64,000 nt of DNA from an uncultured Candidatus Saccharibacteria bacterium (GTDB taxonomy: Bacteria > Patescibacteriota > Doudnabacteria > UBA920): assembly GCA_964473815.1 (NCBI GenBank), contig CAYYQK010000005.1, forward strand, positions 3,847-67,846. Reading direction: 5' to 3'. Each line of letters opens with the position of its first letter. Within the stretch, counting starts at the first letter, position 1. Under the pieces are notes generated by a model. That model saw nothing but the letters and a program-made list of their open reading frames with translations. It did not search any database and was not told the origin of the DNA. Of this stretch, positions 17,571 to 26,088 are shown in pieces. The position numbers and the translations under genes were made by a program.

Positions 17571-18299
17571 TTAAGAGCGATCAATCTTATCTAACCATTT
17601 GGAAGCTTTGTCGCGGCCACCAAGGCCGAATGCCAAGCCACCAGCTAAGGCAACCATTGCTACGAAACCTGTGAATAGAATTTGAATCAAGCTGGAAGCA
17701 ATTCCCAATTGAACCAATGCAGCCATCAGGGCGAAGATGACTACTGCCCATTTAGAAATTGTGCTTAAAGCATCAACTGCGGCCTTAGACATCCCAGAAG
17801 CAGTAGCTGTTCCATTAACAACGTTATATACAAAGTTGCCAGCAATTACGCCAAGCGCCAAAATAATAATGGCAACAACAACATTTGGAATGTAAAGCAA
17901 AACCTGGTTCAAGAACGAGGTAACCTGCTCAATATTCAAAATATTTACTACAGCGAGTAAAGTAGCAATGATGAAAAACCATTTCACTACCCAGGCAATC
18001 AGTGCTGTAATACTGATATCTGTGCCCAACTGACGATTGATGCCGGTCTTGTCGACCAAATCATCAATTTTGCCCATATCAAGAACCTTTTTCACCAGCT
18101 TGCCCAAGAAAGAAGCAATGAGCACACCGATGATCAGAACGATAACAGCCGCAATAAATGTCGGCAAACCGTTCAAAAACTGTGACCAAACATTATGCAA
18201 TGATTGTGAAATTGCATCCCCCCAGTTTTGGAAATTTCCATTGGAATCCATGTTTTTATGGTTAATTCTCTTTGCCCCAATATTAACATAAATTTTCAT
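17571..18299 (-). CDS. Polytopic membrane protein with conserved TM-helix repeats (MscS-associated type), hypothetical
   Basis: 242 aa, four or more TM helices, repeated 'G.L..KVL' motifs. Confidence 0.35.
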   Translation of the reverse strand: MKIYVNIGAKRINHKNMDSNGNFQNWGDAISQSLHNVWSQFLNGLPTFIAAVIVLIIGVLIASFLGKLVKKVLDMGKIDDLVDKTGINRQLGTDISITALIAWVVKWFFIIATLLAVVNILNIEQVTSFLNQVLLYIPNVVVAIIILALGVIAGNFVYNVVNGTATASGMSKAAVDALSTISKWAVVIFALMAALVQLGIASSLIQILFTGFVAMVALAGGLAFGLGGRDKASKWLDKIDRS

Positions 18300-18343
18300 A
18301 TTTGGGTCAAAGTCGGTGGATAACTTTTAGCCTCAAAGAATAG

Positions 18344-18997
18344 CTACAAATATTTCATAACGTCTAAAAATCCGCTCAGTTCTGCCTGAGTTTGTACATA
18401 ACCTTTTACACTTGTTCCCTGACCAATAATAATTCCCAGGTGCAAGTGCTTGCGCTCGCCATCAGTCTCCTTTGAGTATCCAGTGCCGAGCACTGCTATT
18501 TGCTGGCCAGCTTTTAATTCTGCGCCTACTTGAGCAGATACACTAGCGAGACGAATGTGGCCGTAAATAATTTTTACGGCTTTGTTATCGATGGTGCAAT
18601 ACTGGGTCACAACACCGCCGTAACCACTAATTGTACTTTTTGATGCCAGCTTGCCGTTGCAAATTGCATACACTGCGACGTCGGCATTAGCTTCTTCGGG
18701 AAAAGTTTCAAAATCTGTGCCGCTATGGAAACCAGTAAAACGCTCTGGTCGCACTGGAGAGGTTTTTGGAGTGATATAAATCCCAAACGGCTTCTTAGTC
18801 ACTCGTTCTTTGGCCCGCGAGATTGGTGCTACTACCTCTGTATGAGTTTCTTTGGATTGAGACGATGTTTGGTTAGTATTAGCATTGTTTGTTGCAGAGG
18901 TAGAATTTACAGGCGAATTGGTATTAACCGATTTCCCACAACTTACGGCAAGCAAAACTAGCGCAGCTGTGGCTGCGAAAATCATTTTTATATTCAT
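18344..18997 (-). CDS. M23 family peptidase, secreted (second copy in window)
   Basis: Signal peptide; 'HSGTDFETF' (HxGxD) and 'HLHLGII' (HxH) motifs. Confidence 0.7.
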   Translation of the reverse strand: MNIKMIFAATAALVLLAVSCGKSVNTNSPVNSTSATNNANTNQTSSQSKETHTEVVAPISRAKERVTKKPFGIYITPKTSPVRPERFTGFHSGTDFETFPEEANADVAVYAICNGKLASKSTISGYGGVVTQYCTIDNKAVKIIYGHIRLASVSAQVGAELKAGQQIAVLGTGYSKETDGERKHLHLGIIIGQGTSVKGYVQTQAELSGFLDVMKYL

Positions 18998-19004
18998 AGT
19001 GTTA

Positions 19005-20405
19005 TCAATTTAACAACAAAGAGATGATAGCAGCGCCACCTGAAATCACCATGAGCCAAACCACTACCCATCCGATTGCCGTGGTGAAACGTCGATTGGT
19101 CCACCTACCCATCAGTTCTTTATTGCTACTGATGCGCACAACAAAAAATAAAATTACCGGAGCAATTACTCCGTTTAAAACGGCAGAATAAATTAAAGCT
19201 TTAATGGGATTAATGCCTGTGAAATTCATAAGCAAGCCCAAAACCATTGCGATAATAATTACTCCGTAAAAACTATGGGCGCTTTTTAATTTGCGGTACA
19301 AGCCTTCTTTCCAGCCAAATGTTTCAGCCATAGCATAAGCTGCACTACCAGCTAAAACTGGAGCTGCTAACATACCTGTACCAATGATTCCCAGCGCAAA
19401 GAGTATATAAGCCTGCTGACCTGCGATTGGCCTGAGGGCGATCGCTGCCTCTTCGGCCGAAGTAACCATAATTCCCGCTGGAAACAATGTGGCCGCACAG
19501 GTTACTACAATGAAAAACATTACTGAGTTGGACAAAAACATACCAAACCAAACATCAGTGCGCATCTTTTTAACTTGATTCTTAGTCAGATCGTTATGGC
19601 GCAATCGCGCATGGCCTTTATGTCCTAAAGAGGCTAAGTGGCGGTCTTCGACTTCCTGCGATGTTTGCCAAAAAAATAAATATGGCGAGATGGTGGTTCC
19701 TAAAATAGCACAAATTAGCAGCAATGAATCTTTGGAAAGAACAAAACTTGGTACCAGAGTTTGCTTCAAAATGACTTGCCAGTCTAAATTTGGTATTACA
19801 AAAGCTGTCGCTACATATAACAACAAGATGAACGACAAATATTTTAAATATTTAGCATATCGTGAGTAGCTAACAAAAATTTGCAGCCCCAAACTTATGA
19901 TCGTAAAGAATAAAATCGCCACTATAAAAGGTAAGCCATGAAAAATCAACTGTGAGGCCTTAGACATTGCTCCCAAATCTGCGCCTAAGTTGAAGGCATT
20001 GGCAATAAATAATAGTCCGGATACAAAGTACAAAACCTTCGCAGAGTACTGCCCACGAATATTTTTTGCTAGCCCTCGGCCTGTAGCCATACCAATACGA
20101 GCGCACATTTCCTGCACCGTAGCCATAAGGGGGAAAGTAAACAATGCTAACCAGGTTAACTGAAAACCAAATTGCGCTCCAGTTTGTGAGTATGTAGCAA
20201 TTCCTGATGGATCATCATCCGAAGCACCAGTGGTTAAACCAGGCCCTAAAGATTCCCAATAATTTTCCGCTTCCTGTAACAGGGGCTTTTTGCTAAATAC
20301 ATGCGTACTTAAAACTTTTGCATCTTTAATCGCCTCATCCAATGCTTTTGCAGGAGTTTCGGCGACTTCGGTAACTACTTCATCAATCTTTTTTGTATTC
20401 ATTTT
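19005..20405 (-). CDS. mntH: NRAMP-family divalent metal (Mn/Fe) transporter
   Basis: 'GPGLTTGASDDDPSGIATYSQTGAQFGF' matches the Nramp signature region; 11-12 TM helices. ORF track extends to 20576, but the start is probably 'MNTKK' at ~20405; the extension overlaps the infC leader. Confidence 0.7.
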   Translation of the reverse strand, partial: KMNTKKIDEVVTEVAETPAKALDEAIKDAKVLSTHVFSKKPLLQEAENYWESLGPGLTTGASDDDPSGIATYSQTGAQFGFQLTWLALFTFPLMATVQEMCARIGMATGRGLAKNIRGQYSAKVLYFVSGLLFIANAFNLGADLGAMSKASQLIFHGLPFIVAILFFTIISLGLQIFVSYSRYAKYLKYLSFILLLYVATAFVIPNLDWQVILKQTLVPSFVLSKDSLLLICAILGTTISPYLFFWQTSQEVEDRHLASLGHKGHARLRHNDLTKNQVKKMRTDVWFGMFLSNSVMFFIVVTCAATLFPAGIMVTSAEEAAIALRPIAGQQAYILFALGIIGTGMLAAPVLAGSAAYAMAETFGWKEGLYRKLKSAHSFYGVIIIAMVLGLLMNFTGINPIKALIYSAVLNGVIAPVILFFVVRISSNKELMGRWTNRRFTTAIGWVVVWLMVISGGAAIISLLLN

Positions 20406-20504
20406 GTTTTTGATATTGATTTCAATCAGACATTTACCTCTATATATTATGGCAACTGAGCACTTTTGACAAATTTGCCCATAAAAGCTATAATTAGGCC
20501 ACGA

Positions 20505-21014
20505 ATGCAAACAACTCGCGTTAATCACCAAATCACCGCACCCGAGCTCCGCCTCCTCAATGATGAAGGCGAGCAATTGGGTGTGATGTCGTTATCAGAG
20601 GCTTTAAAATTAGCTGAAGAACACGGCCTTGATTTAGTGGAAATTTCGCCTCAAGCCCGACCGCCGGTGGTCAAACTAATCAGTTATGATAAGTTTAAAT
20701 ACCAGCAGAAGAAGCTTGAGCAGCAGCAAAAAAAGAAAGTCAAAAAAGTGGAAGTGAAAACGGTCCGCCTTTCGGCTAAAATCGCGACGCATGATATTCT
20801 AACCAAAGCCCGTAAAGCCGACGAATTTCTCACCGACGGTGATTGGGTGAAGTTGGAACTTCGCATGCGCGGTCGCGAACAAGCTTTTCTTGACGTAGCG
20901 CAGCAACAGATTGAAGCATTCCGGCAAGCTTTAACCGTCCCCTATCGAGTTGAAGTCGAAGCCAAAAAGATGGGCAATACGTTAAGTATGATCATCGCTC
21001 CATCAACTAAGTAA
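20505..21014 (+). CDS. infC: Translation initiation factor IF-3
   Basis: '[34 protein letters not shown]' aligns with the E. coli IF3 N-domain; an in-frame AUU at 20493 is the alternative, canonical IF3 start. Confidence 0.85.
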   Translation: MQTTRVNHQITAPELRLLNDEGEQLGVMSLSEALKLAEEHGLDLVEISPQARPPVVKLISYDKFKYQQKKLEQQQKKKVKKVEVKTVRLSAKIATHDILTKARKADEFLTDGDWVKLELRMRGREQAFLDVAQQQIEAFRQALTVPYRVEVEAKKMGNTLSMIIAPSTK

Positions 21015-21025
21015 TTACATTTCAA

Positions 21026-21220
21026 ATGCCTAAAGCAAAAACCCATAAAGGAACTACCAAGCGTTTGCGCAAGACTGGTACTGGCAAGTTGATGCGTCGC
21101 ACTGCTGGCCAAGACCACTACAACTCTCGCGAAAGCGGTAAGGTAACCAAGAATAAACGCCGTGATACAGAAATGAGCAGCGCAAATCGCCGCTTAAAAT
21201 CACTATTGGTTCATCAATAA
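21026..21220 (+). CDS. rpmI: 50S ribosomal protein L35
   Basis: '[25 protein letters not shown]'; infC-rpmI-rplT conserved operon. Confidence 0.85.
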   Translation: MPKAKTHKGTTKRLRKTGTGKLMRRTAGQDHYNSRESGKVTKNKRRDTEMSSANRRLKSLLVHQ

Positions 21221-21246
21221 TTTTCAAATTTAACTGATTTAAAGAC

Positions 21247-21594
21247 ATGACAAGAATTAAACGTGGTGTTGCTGCAAGCAAGCGCCGCAAAAATTTACTG
21301 AAGCGCGCGAAAGGATTCGACAACCGTCGTTCCACTAACTTTCGCCAAGCTCGTGAAGCTCTCTTAAAAGCTGATACCTATGCTTACCGTGATCGTCGCA
21401 ACAAAAAGCGTGATCAACGCGCTATCTGGTTGGTACGCCTTGGTGCTGCTCTCCGCGATAACGGAACTACTTGGAGCAAATTCGCAGCTGTACTGAAAAA
21501 AGAAGGTGTAACCTTAAACCGCAAAGTACTTTCTGAAATGGCCATTAAAGCTCCGGAAAGTTTCGACAAAATGGTTGCAGAGCTCGCAAAGTAA
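21247..21594 (+). CDS. rplT: 50S ribosomal protein L20
   Basis: 'MTRIKRGVAASKRRKNLLKRAKGF' typical L20 N-terminus; 115 aa. Confidence 0.9.
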   Translation: MTRIKRGVAASKRRKNLLKRAKGFDNRRSTNFRQAREALLKADTYAYRDRRNKKRDQRAIWLVRLGAALRDNGTTWSKFAAVLKKEGVTLNRKVLSEMAIKAPESFDKMVAELAK

Positions 21595-21610
21595 AATATA
21601 CTTTATAAAT

Positions 21611-21638
21611 TAAAAACTCCCCGGCTGGGGAGTTTTTT
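21611..21638. terminator. Bidirectional rho-independent terminator
   Basis: aaaaa-ctcccc-ggct-ggggag-ttttttt, between convergent rplT (+) and 21649..22224 (-). Confidence 0.65.
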
Positions 21639-21648
21639 TGAATCAGGT

Positions 21649-22224
21649 TTACTTGTTGGCGTTTGTGTTAGCAGCTGGAGTAGTATTTGCTGGAGTGTTT
21701 GCAGCTGGAGTATTGGTGTTCTCTGCTGGTGGATTAGCTTTGTACTCGTTAATCTTCTTCACTACCTGACCATCTGACTTCATGTCTTCGTAGAACAAAA
21801 TCTGATCACGATTAATCTTCATTTCGTCGACTGGACCATGCAATTCCTTACCTAGCTTAACCAAAAGCAATTGCTGATTCTGTTGATTCTGAGCTTGTTG
21901 TTGGTTCAAACTATTTGCTGCATCGGTTGGCGGTGGAGTTTGGGTAACCTGCAAGTAGTAGATATCCCGCAAAGTTGCATAAGAAGCTGTCATACCAGAT
22001 AGCTTACCAAAGTAAACTTGACCATTAGTCAAGAATACTGCCTGGTATCCTGAGTTTGATTCGGTTTGTTCTGTTCCCTTTACATTGCTCGATTGGCTTG
22101 GGAACAAGCGATTGCGGAATAGCACTCCAAGGACAACGATCACTAAGAGGACTACCGCCAAGATGACCCAAGGCATGGCATTAGCGCCGCCGCGTCGAGG
22201 CATCATGTTATTGTCATCAGACAT
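21649..22224 (-). CDS. Membrane-anchored hypothetical protein with low-complexity C-terminal tail
   Basis: N-terminal TM helix; C-terminal 'TPAANTPANTTPAANTNANK'. Confidence 0.35.
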   Translation of the reverse strand: MSDDNNMMPRRGGANAMPWVILAVVLLVIVVLGVLFRNRLFPSQSSNVKGTEQTESNSGYQAVFLTNGQVYFGKLSGMTASYATLRDIYYLQVTQTPPPTDAANSLNQQQAQNQQNQQLLLVKLGKELHGPVDEMKINRDQILFYEDMKSDGQVVKKINEYKANPPAENTNTPAANTPANTTPAANTNANK

Positions 22225-22273
22225 TTAAATTTCCCTTTCTTTTGTATTTGTTACTATTAGAGATTTAGTGTTT

Positions 22274-23131
22274 TTATTGTAGCACGTTTGGAGCTTGTCC
22301 AGAAGGCTGAACTGTGGATTCCCCGGCGACAGCTGGAGCGGGATTATAAAAGGTTTTAGGAGTGTAGTAAACAGTTTGGGATTCTTGTGGATGGCCCAAC
22401 AAGGTGCCACTGATAGCACTAATAATTAGAAACGCCACTGCTGCCAAAGCTGATGTTGCCGCGAGCCAAGTGATGACCGTGAATTCTGGCTTTGGTACTT
22501 TAAATGGAATAGATGGAGCTGGTTCCGGTACCGACTGGCTCGGTTCTGTTAAAAATTGAGGATTTAGATCAAAATTCGATACATATGAATGTTTCAGCGA
22601 ATGGTGCTTTTGCCATATATCCGAAAATTCCTGAGCTTTTAGGAGTTCTGAATGGCGAGAAACTTCGGTCATTAGACGGTTAAGCATTTCTCGTAGCTCG
22701 GTCACTTCTCTTTGCAAAGCCTGAATGCGCATATTGGTGGCAATACTTTGCACAGTATTTGATTTAACTACCGGAGTAGCCACAGTGCGAATGGAAATTG
22801 GCAAACCTTCTACTTCACTCACTGTGATGCTTGGGAAAAGGTCTGGTAAGGCTTGTGAAAGCGGATCATTTTCTACACTAGTTACTTCTTGTAATTCTGC
22901 TGTTGCTTCCTGGACTTCATCAGATGAATCGTTTGGATCGTTCATTACCAAGTTGCCAGATAAATTGTTTAGCGCTTCCTGAGAAGTAAACCAGTTACGC
23001 CCCACCTTCTTCGCTGGTAAACGGCCTAAACGACAAAGCTGCCCCAAATAATCTTGGTGGTAGCCAGTTAGTTCAGCTGCTTTAGAAAGTGAAATTAATG
23101 ATGGATTGTTTTGAATATTTGTTTCAAACAT
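22274..23131 (-). CDS. Helix-turn-helix (excisionase/MerR-like) domain protein with C-terminal TM anchor
   Basis: 'LSKAAELTGYHQDYLGQLCRLGRLPAKKVGRNWF' HTH; C-terminal hydrophobic helix. Confidence 0.4.
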   Translation of the reverse strand: MFETNIQNNPSLISLSKAAELTGYHQDYLGQLCRLGRLPAKKVGRNWFTSQEALNNLSGNLVMNDPNDSSDEVQEATAELQEVTSVENDPLSQALPDLFPSITVSEVEGLPISIRTVATPVVKSNTVQSIATNMRIQALQREVTELREMLNRLMTEVSRHSELLKAQEFSDIWQKHHSLKHSYVSNFDLNPQFLTEPSQSVPEPAPSIPFKVPKPEFTVITWLAATSALAAVAFLIISAISGTLLGHPQESQTVYYTPKTFYNPAPAVAGESTVQPSGQAPNVLQ

Positions 23132-23213
23132 GTTTGGAGGTTAGCAATATTATAACACATTTCCATACTTTTTACTCTTGACGCCGCGATTAAATTGTTA
23201 GTATGATAAAAAT

Positions 23214-23696
23214 ATGCCACGACCTCTCTCTGACTTGTCCCGTCATATTCTAATTTTGCTCAATGATAAGGGCCCTTTAATGCTGCACCAGTTGTATGAA
23301 TTCTGCCCTGATGACGCCAGCAAGAAAAAAGTTTACGACACTGTCTTCCGTTTAACCGGACAGAGTTTAGTCGATTTAGCCAATGACCGTTATTCAATTT
23401 CTGAGGAAGGCAAAATCTTAATCCACACTATCGACAAAAAACGTGACGGTGTGTGGAAAATTATTATTTTTGATATTCCCGAAACCAAGCGTTCGGTTCG
23501 GAATGTGCTGCGTTCTAAATTGACCTCGCTTGGTTTTAAAAAGTGGCAGAATAGCATTTGGATCTCGCCGTTTACTTTGGCTCCTGAAATCGAAGAAGAA
23601 TTGAATCAGTTGGCAAAACACTTCTTCATTCGCTTAATGAAAACTACAGAAATTAACGTCACTGATGACTTAGAAAAAATGTTCGCGGATGAGTAA
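23214..23696 (+). CDS. PaaX-family-like regulator (N-terminal winged helix + C-terminal Cas2-like fold)
   Basis: 'WKIIIFDIPETKRSVRNVLRSKLTSLGFKKWQNSIWISP' resembles the Cas2/PaaX C-domain pattern; no CRISPR array or cas1 nearby. Confidence 0.4.
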   Translation: MPRPLSDLSRHILILLNDKGPLMLHQLYEFCPDDASKKKVYDTVFRLTGQSLVDLANDRYSISEEGKILIHTIDKKRDGVWKIIIFDIPETKRSVRNVLRSKLTSLGFKKWQNSIWISPFTLAPEIEEELNQLAKHFFIRLMKTTEINVTDDLEKMFADE

Positions 23697-24462
23697 ACCA
23701 ACGGGCAAAATCGGTATTTTCGATTCTGGCCTTGGCGGACTCATTATTCTAAAATCAATTCGAAAGCTATTACCGCAATACGATTACGTGTTCTACGGTG
23801 ATACTAAAAATCTCCCGTATGGTACCAAAACCCAACGGGAGATTTTTGATTTAACAATTGCCGGCATTCAAGAGTTGCGTCGCCAGGGTTGTATTTTAAT
23901 TATCATTGCTTGCAATACTGCGTCAGCAAAGGCATTGCGAAAAATTCAACAACAGTGGCTACCGAAAAATGCCCCGGACACAAAAGTTCTGGGTGTAATT
24001 GTTCCAACGATTGAATCACTGAAAAAGAAAGACTTCCCTGCGATCTTAATGGCTACGGAAAGCACGGTGAAATCGAAAGTTTATCAGAAGGAATTAAGTA
24101 AGATTATTTCAAAACTTCACTTAATTGATTTACCTGCACCGAAGTTAGTCCCTTTGATAGAGGCTGGGAAAATTGCTGCCGCAGCTACTGAGGCGAAAAA
24201 AATGGTTTCGGGCAAAGCCGGTAAGGCCAAGACTTTAGTTTTGGGATGTACTCATTATCCCTTACTAAACAAACAACTAAGGGACGAATTTCCAAAACTT
24301 AAAATTATTGACCAAACGAAGATCATTCCAGCCGCATTGAATAAATATATAAGCAAACATCAAGAAATAAAAATACAGTTATCAAATTCGGGTAAGGTTA
24401 AAATTTTGTTTTCGGAAATTACCCCAACAAACACAAAACTAGCAAAAAAGTGGTTCAAATAA
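23689..24462 (+). CDS. murI: Glutamate racemase
   Basis: 'IGIFDSGLGGL', 'IIACNTAS', 'LGCTHYPLL' conserved MurI motifs. Confidence 0.85.
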   Translation: MSKPTGKIGIFDSGLGGLIILKSIRKLLPQYDYVFYGDTKNLPYGTKTQREIFDLTIAGIQELRRQGCILIIIACNTASAKALRKIQQQWLPKNAPDTKVLGVIVPTIESLKKKDFPAILMATESTVKSKVYQKELSKIISKLHLIDLPAPKLVPLIEAGKIAAAATEAKKMVSGKAGKAKTLVLGCTHYPLLNKQLRDEFPKLKIIDQTKIIPAALNKYISKHQEIKIQLSNSGKVKILFSEITPTNTKLAKKWFK

Positions 24463-24516
24463 TAAAGCCGATCCCAAATCTGGAATCGGCTTTTCATTTC
24501 GGAGTACTGAAAACAT

Positions 24517-24894
24517 TTAGACCGTTGCGTTTTTTGTCTCTGACCAAAAAGCTTGGATCAGGGAGACGTCAGGAGGAATGCTAAAATTAATCAGCGTCGC
24601 AGTTTTTTCCCTGAACCCCGTTGATAGGCACCGGGAGCTGTCCTCAAGTAGAAACAGTTTAGCCTTAGGATTCCTTCGCTGAACCGATTGTGCAATTTCG
24701 GCGCTATCCGGCGTGGTACCGTGGGCCTTCATTTCCTCAAATGCCACCATGTCGTAATCGAAATGGCGGGCTAAGACATCTGCCGACTGCAAGGTCGTCC
24801 CGACGTGAACTTCCTTGGTTAAGAAAAACTGCTGCAAACAATCTGATATAAAATCAGGGTTTGTGCTAATTACTAAAATTCTTTCGGAACTCAT
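24517..24894 (-). CDS. Receiver-domain-like (CheY-fold) hypothetical protein
   Basis: 125 aa, beta-alpha pattern 'ILVIS...DMVAFE...KLFLL'; weak. Confidence 0.3.
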   Translation of the reverse strand: MSSERILVISTNPDFISDCLQQFFLTKEVHVGTTLQSADVLARHFDYDMVAFEEMKAHGTTPDSAEIAQSVQRRNPKAKLFLLEDSSRCLSTGFREKTATLINFSIPPDVSLIQAFWSETKNATV

Positions 24895-25005
24895 ATTTCA
24901 CCTCGTGTTGGATTGTCGATTCTGAATCGTATCACAATTACTCAGATTATTCAACCCATCAAAAAAGAGCCTACGAAAGGCTCTTTTTATATTAAATTAT
25001 GCGGA

Positions 25006-26040
25006 TTACCAATCCAATGTTCCACCAGTCTGATACTCGGTCACGCGGGTTTCAAAGAAGTTCTTTTCTTTATTCAAGTCTACGGCTTCACTCATCCATG
25101 GGAATGGATTCGACACGTTAAACTGTGTTGGCAAACCAACGCTGGCCAAACGACGATCAGCAATGTGTTCGATGTACTGCTTAAAGCCCTCGGCATTCAT
25201 CCCAAAGATTCCCTTAGGGAAAACGGTCTGTGCAAAAGTGTATTCCAACTTCGCCGCTTCTTTAACCAGATCAATTACATGCTGCTGGAATTCCGGAGTC
25301 CAAACCTCTGGTTGTTCTTCTTTAATTGTATTGATCAAATAGATTCCAAAATTCAAGTGCATGGACTCATCGCGCATGATGTACTGAATCTGTTCAGCGC
25401 TTCCCACCATTTTCTTTTGACGCTGGAAACCGAACATTACGGCGAACGCGCTGTAGAAAAAGATGCCTTCCATAATCAAAGAGAATACAACGATATTTTC
25501 CAAAAACTTTTGATCAGCTTCTAAAGTTCCAGTCTTAAAGTTAGGATCGAAAATACCTTCGTTGAAAGTCAAAATGAAAGATGCCTTATTGTAAATCGCA
25601 TCAACTTCGCGGTACATGTTGAAGATCTTACCTTCATCCATAGCCAAAGATTCCACAATATATTGGTAGGAGTGCGTATGGATAGCTTCTTCGTAAGCTT
25701 GGCGAAGCAAGTACATGCGACATTCCGGCGAAGTGATGTGTTTATACGCTGCCATAACGATGTTGTTGGCAGCAATTGAATCACCGGTCGTGAAGAATCC
25801 TAAGACCGTTTCCAAAGCCTGGCGTTCGTCTGCATTCAAAACATTATTAGACTTCCACTGCTCAATATCCATCTGCATGGAAATTTCGGTTGGCAACCAG
25901 TGGTTAGCATTAGCAGCCAAATAACTTTCCCACGCATAAACATGCTTCATTGGGTAAAGCTGAATTACATCGGCATCTTCCCCGTTAATGACCCGGCGCT
26001 TGTTAATATTAACTCTCTGATCAGTTTTAGTGATTGGCAT
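25006..26040 (-). CDS. nrdB: Ribonucleotide reductase class I beta (R2) subunit
   Basis: Ferritin-like diiron motifs 'EAIHTHSYQYIVESL', 'RDESMHLNF'; 344 aa; downstream of nrdA. Confidence 0.85.
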   Translation of the reverse strand: MPITKTDQRVNINKRRVINGEDADVIQLYPMKHVYAWESYLAANANHWLPTEISMQMDIEQWKSNNVLNADERQALETVLGFFTTGDSIAANNIVMAAYKHITSPECRMYLLRQAYEEAIHTHSYQYIVESLAMDEGKIFNMYREVDAIYNKASFILTFNEGIFDPNFKTGTLEADQKFLENIVVFSLIMEGIFFYSAFAVMFGFQRQKKMVGSAEQIQYIMRDESMHLNFGIYLINTIKEEQPEVWTPEFQQHVIDLVKEAAKLEYTFAQTVFPKGIFGMNAEGFKQYIEHIADRRLASVGLPTQFNVSNPFPWMSEAVDLNKEKNFFETRVTEYQTGGTLDW

Positions 26041-26088
26041 CTCTTTTCTTTCTGATTAATTCTATTATTTCGTTCTGATTCGTCCTGA

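Noticed and set aside
18344-18997. Second M23 peptidase as part of the T4SS or DGR system
   Set aside because: It is 12 kb away on the opposite side of housekeeping genes, and M23 peptidases are common cell-division/autolysin paralogs. No linkage is supported.
19005-20576. Full-length 523-aa version of the Nramp ORF
   Set aside because: The first ~57 residues ([15 protein letters not shown]…) have no transporter-like character and overlap the infC promoter. The shorter start at ~20405 is preferred.
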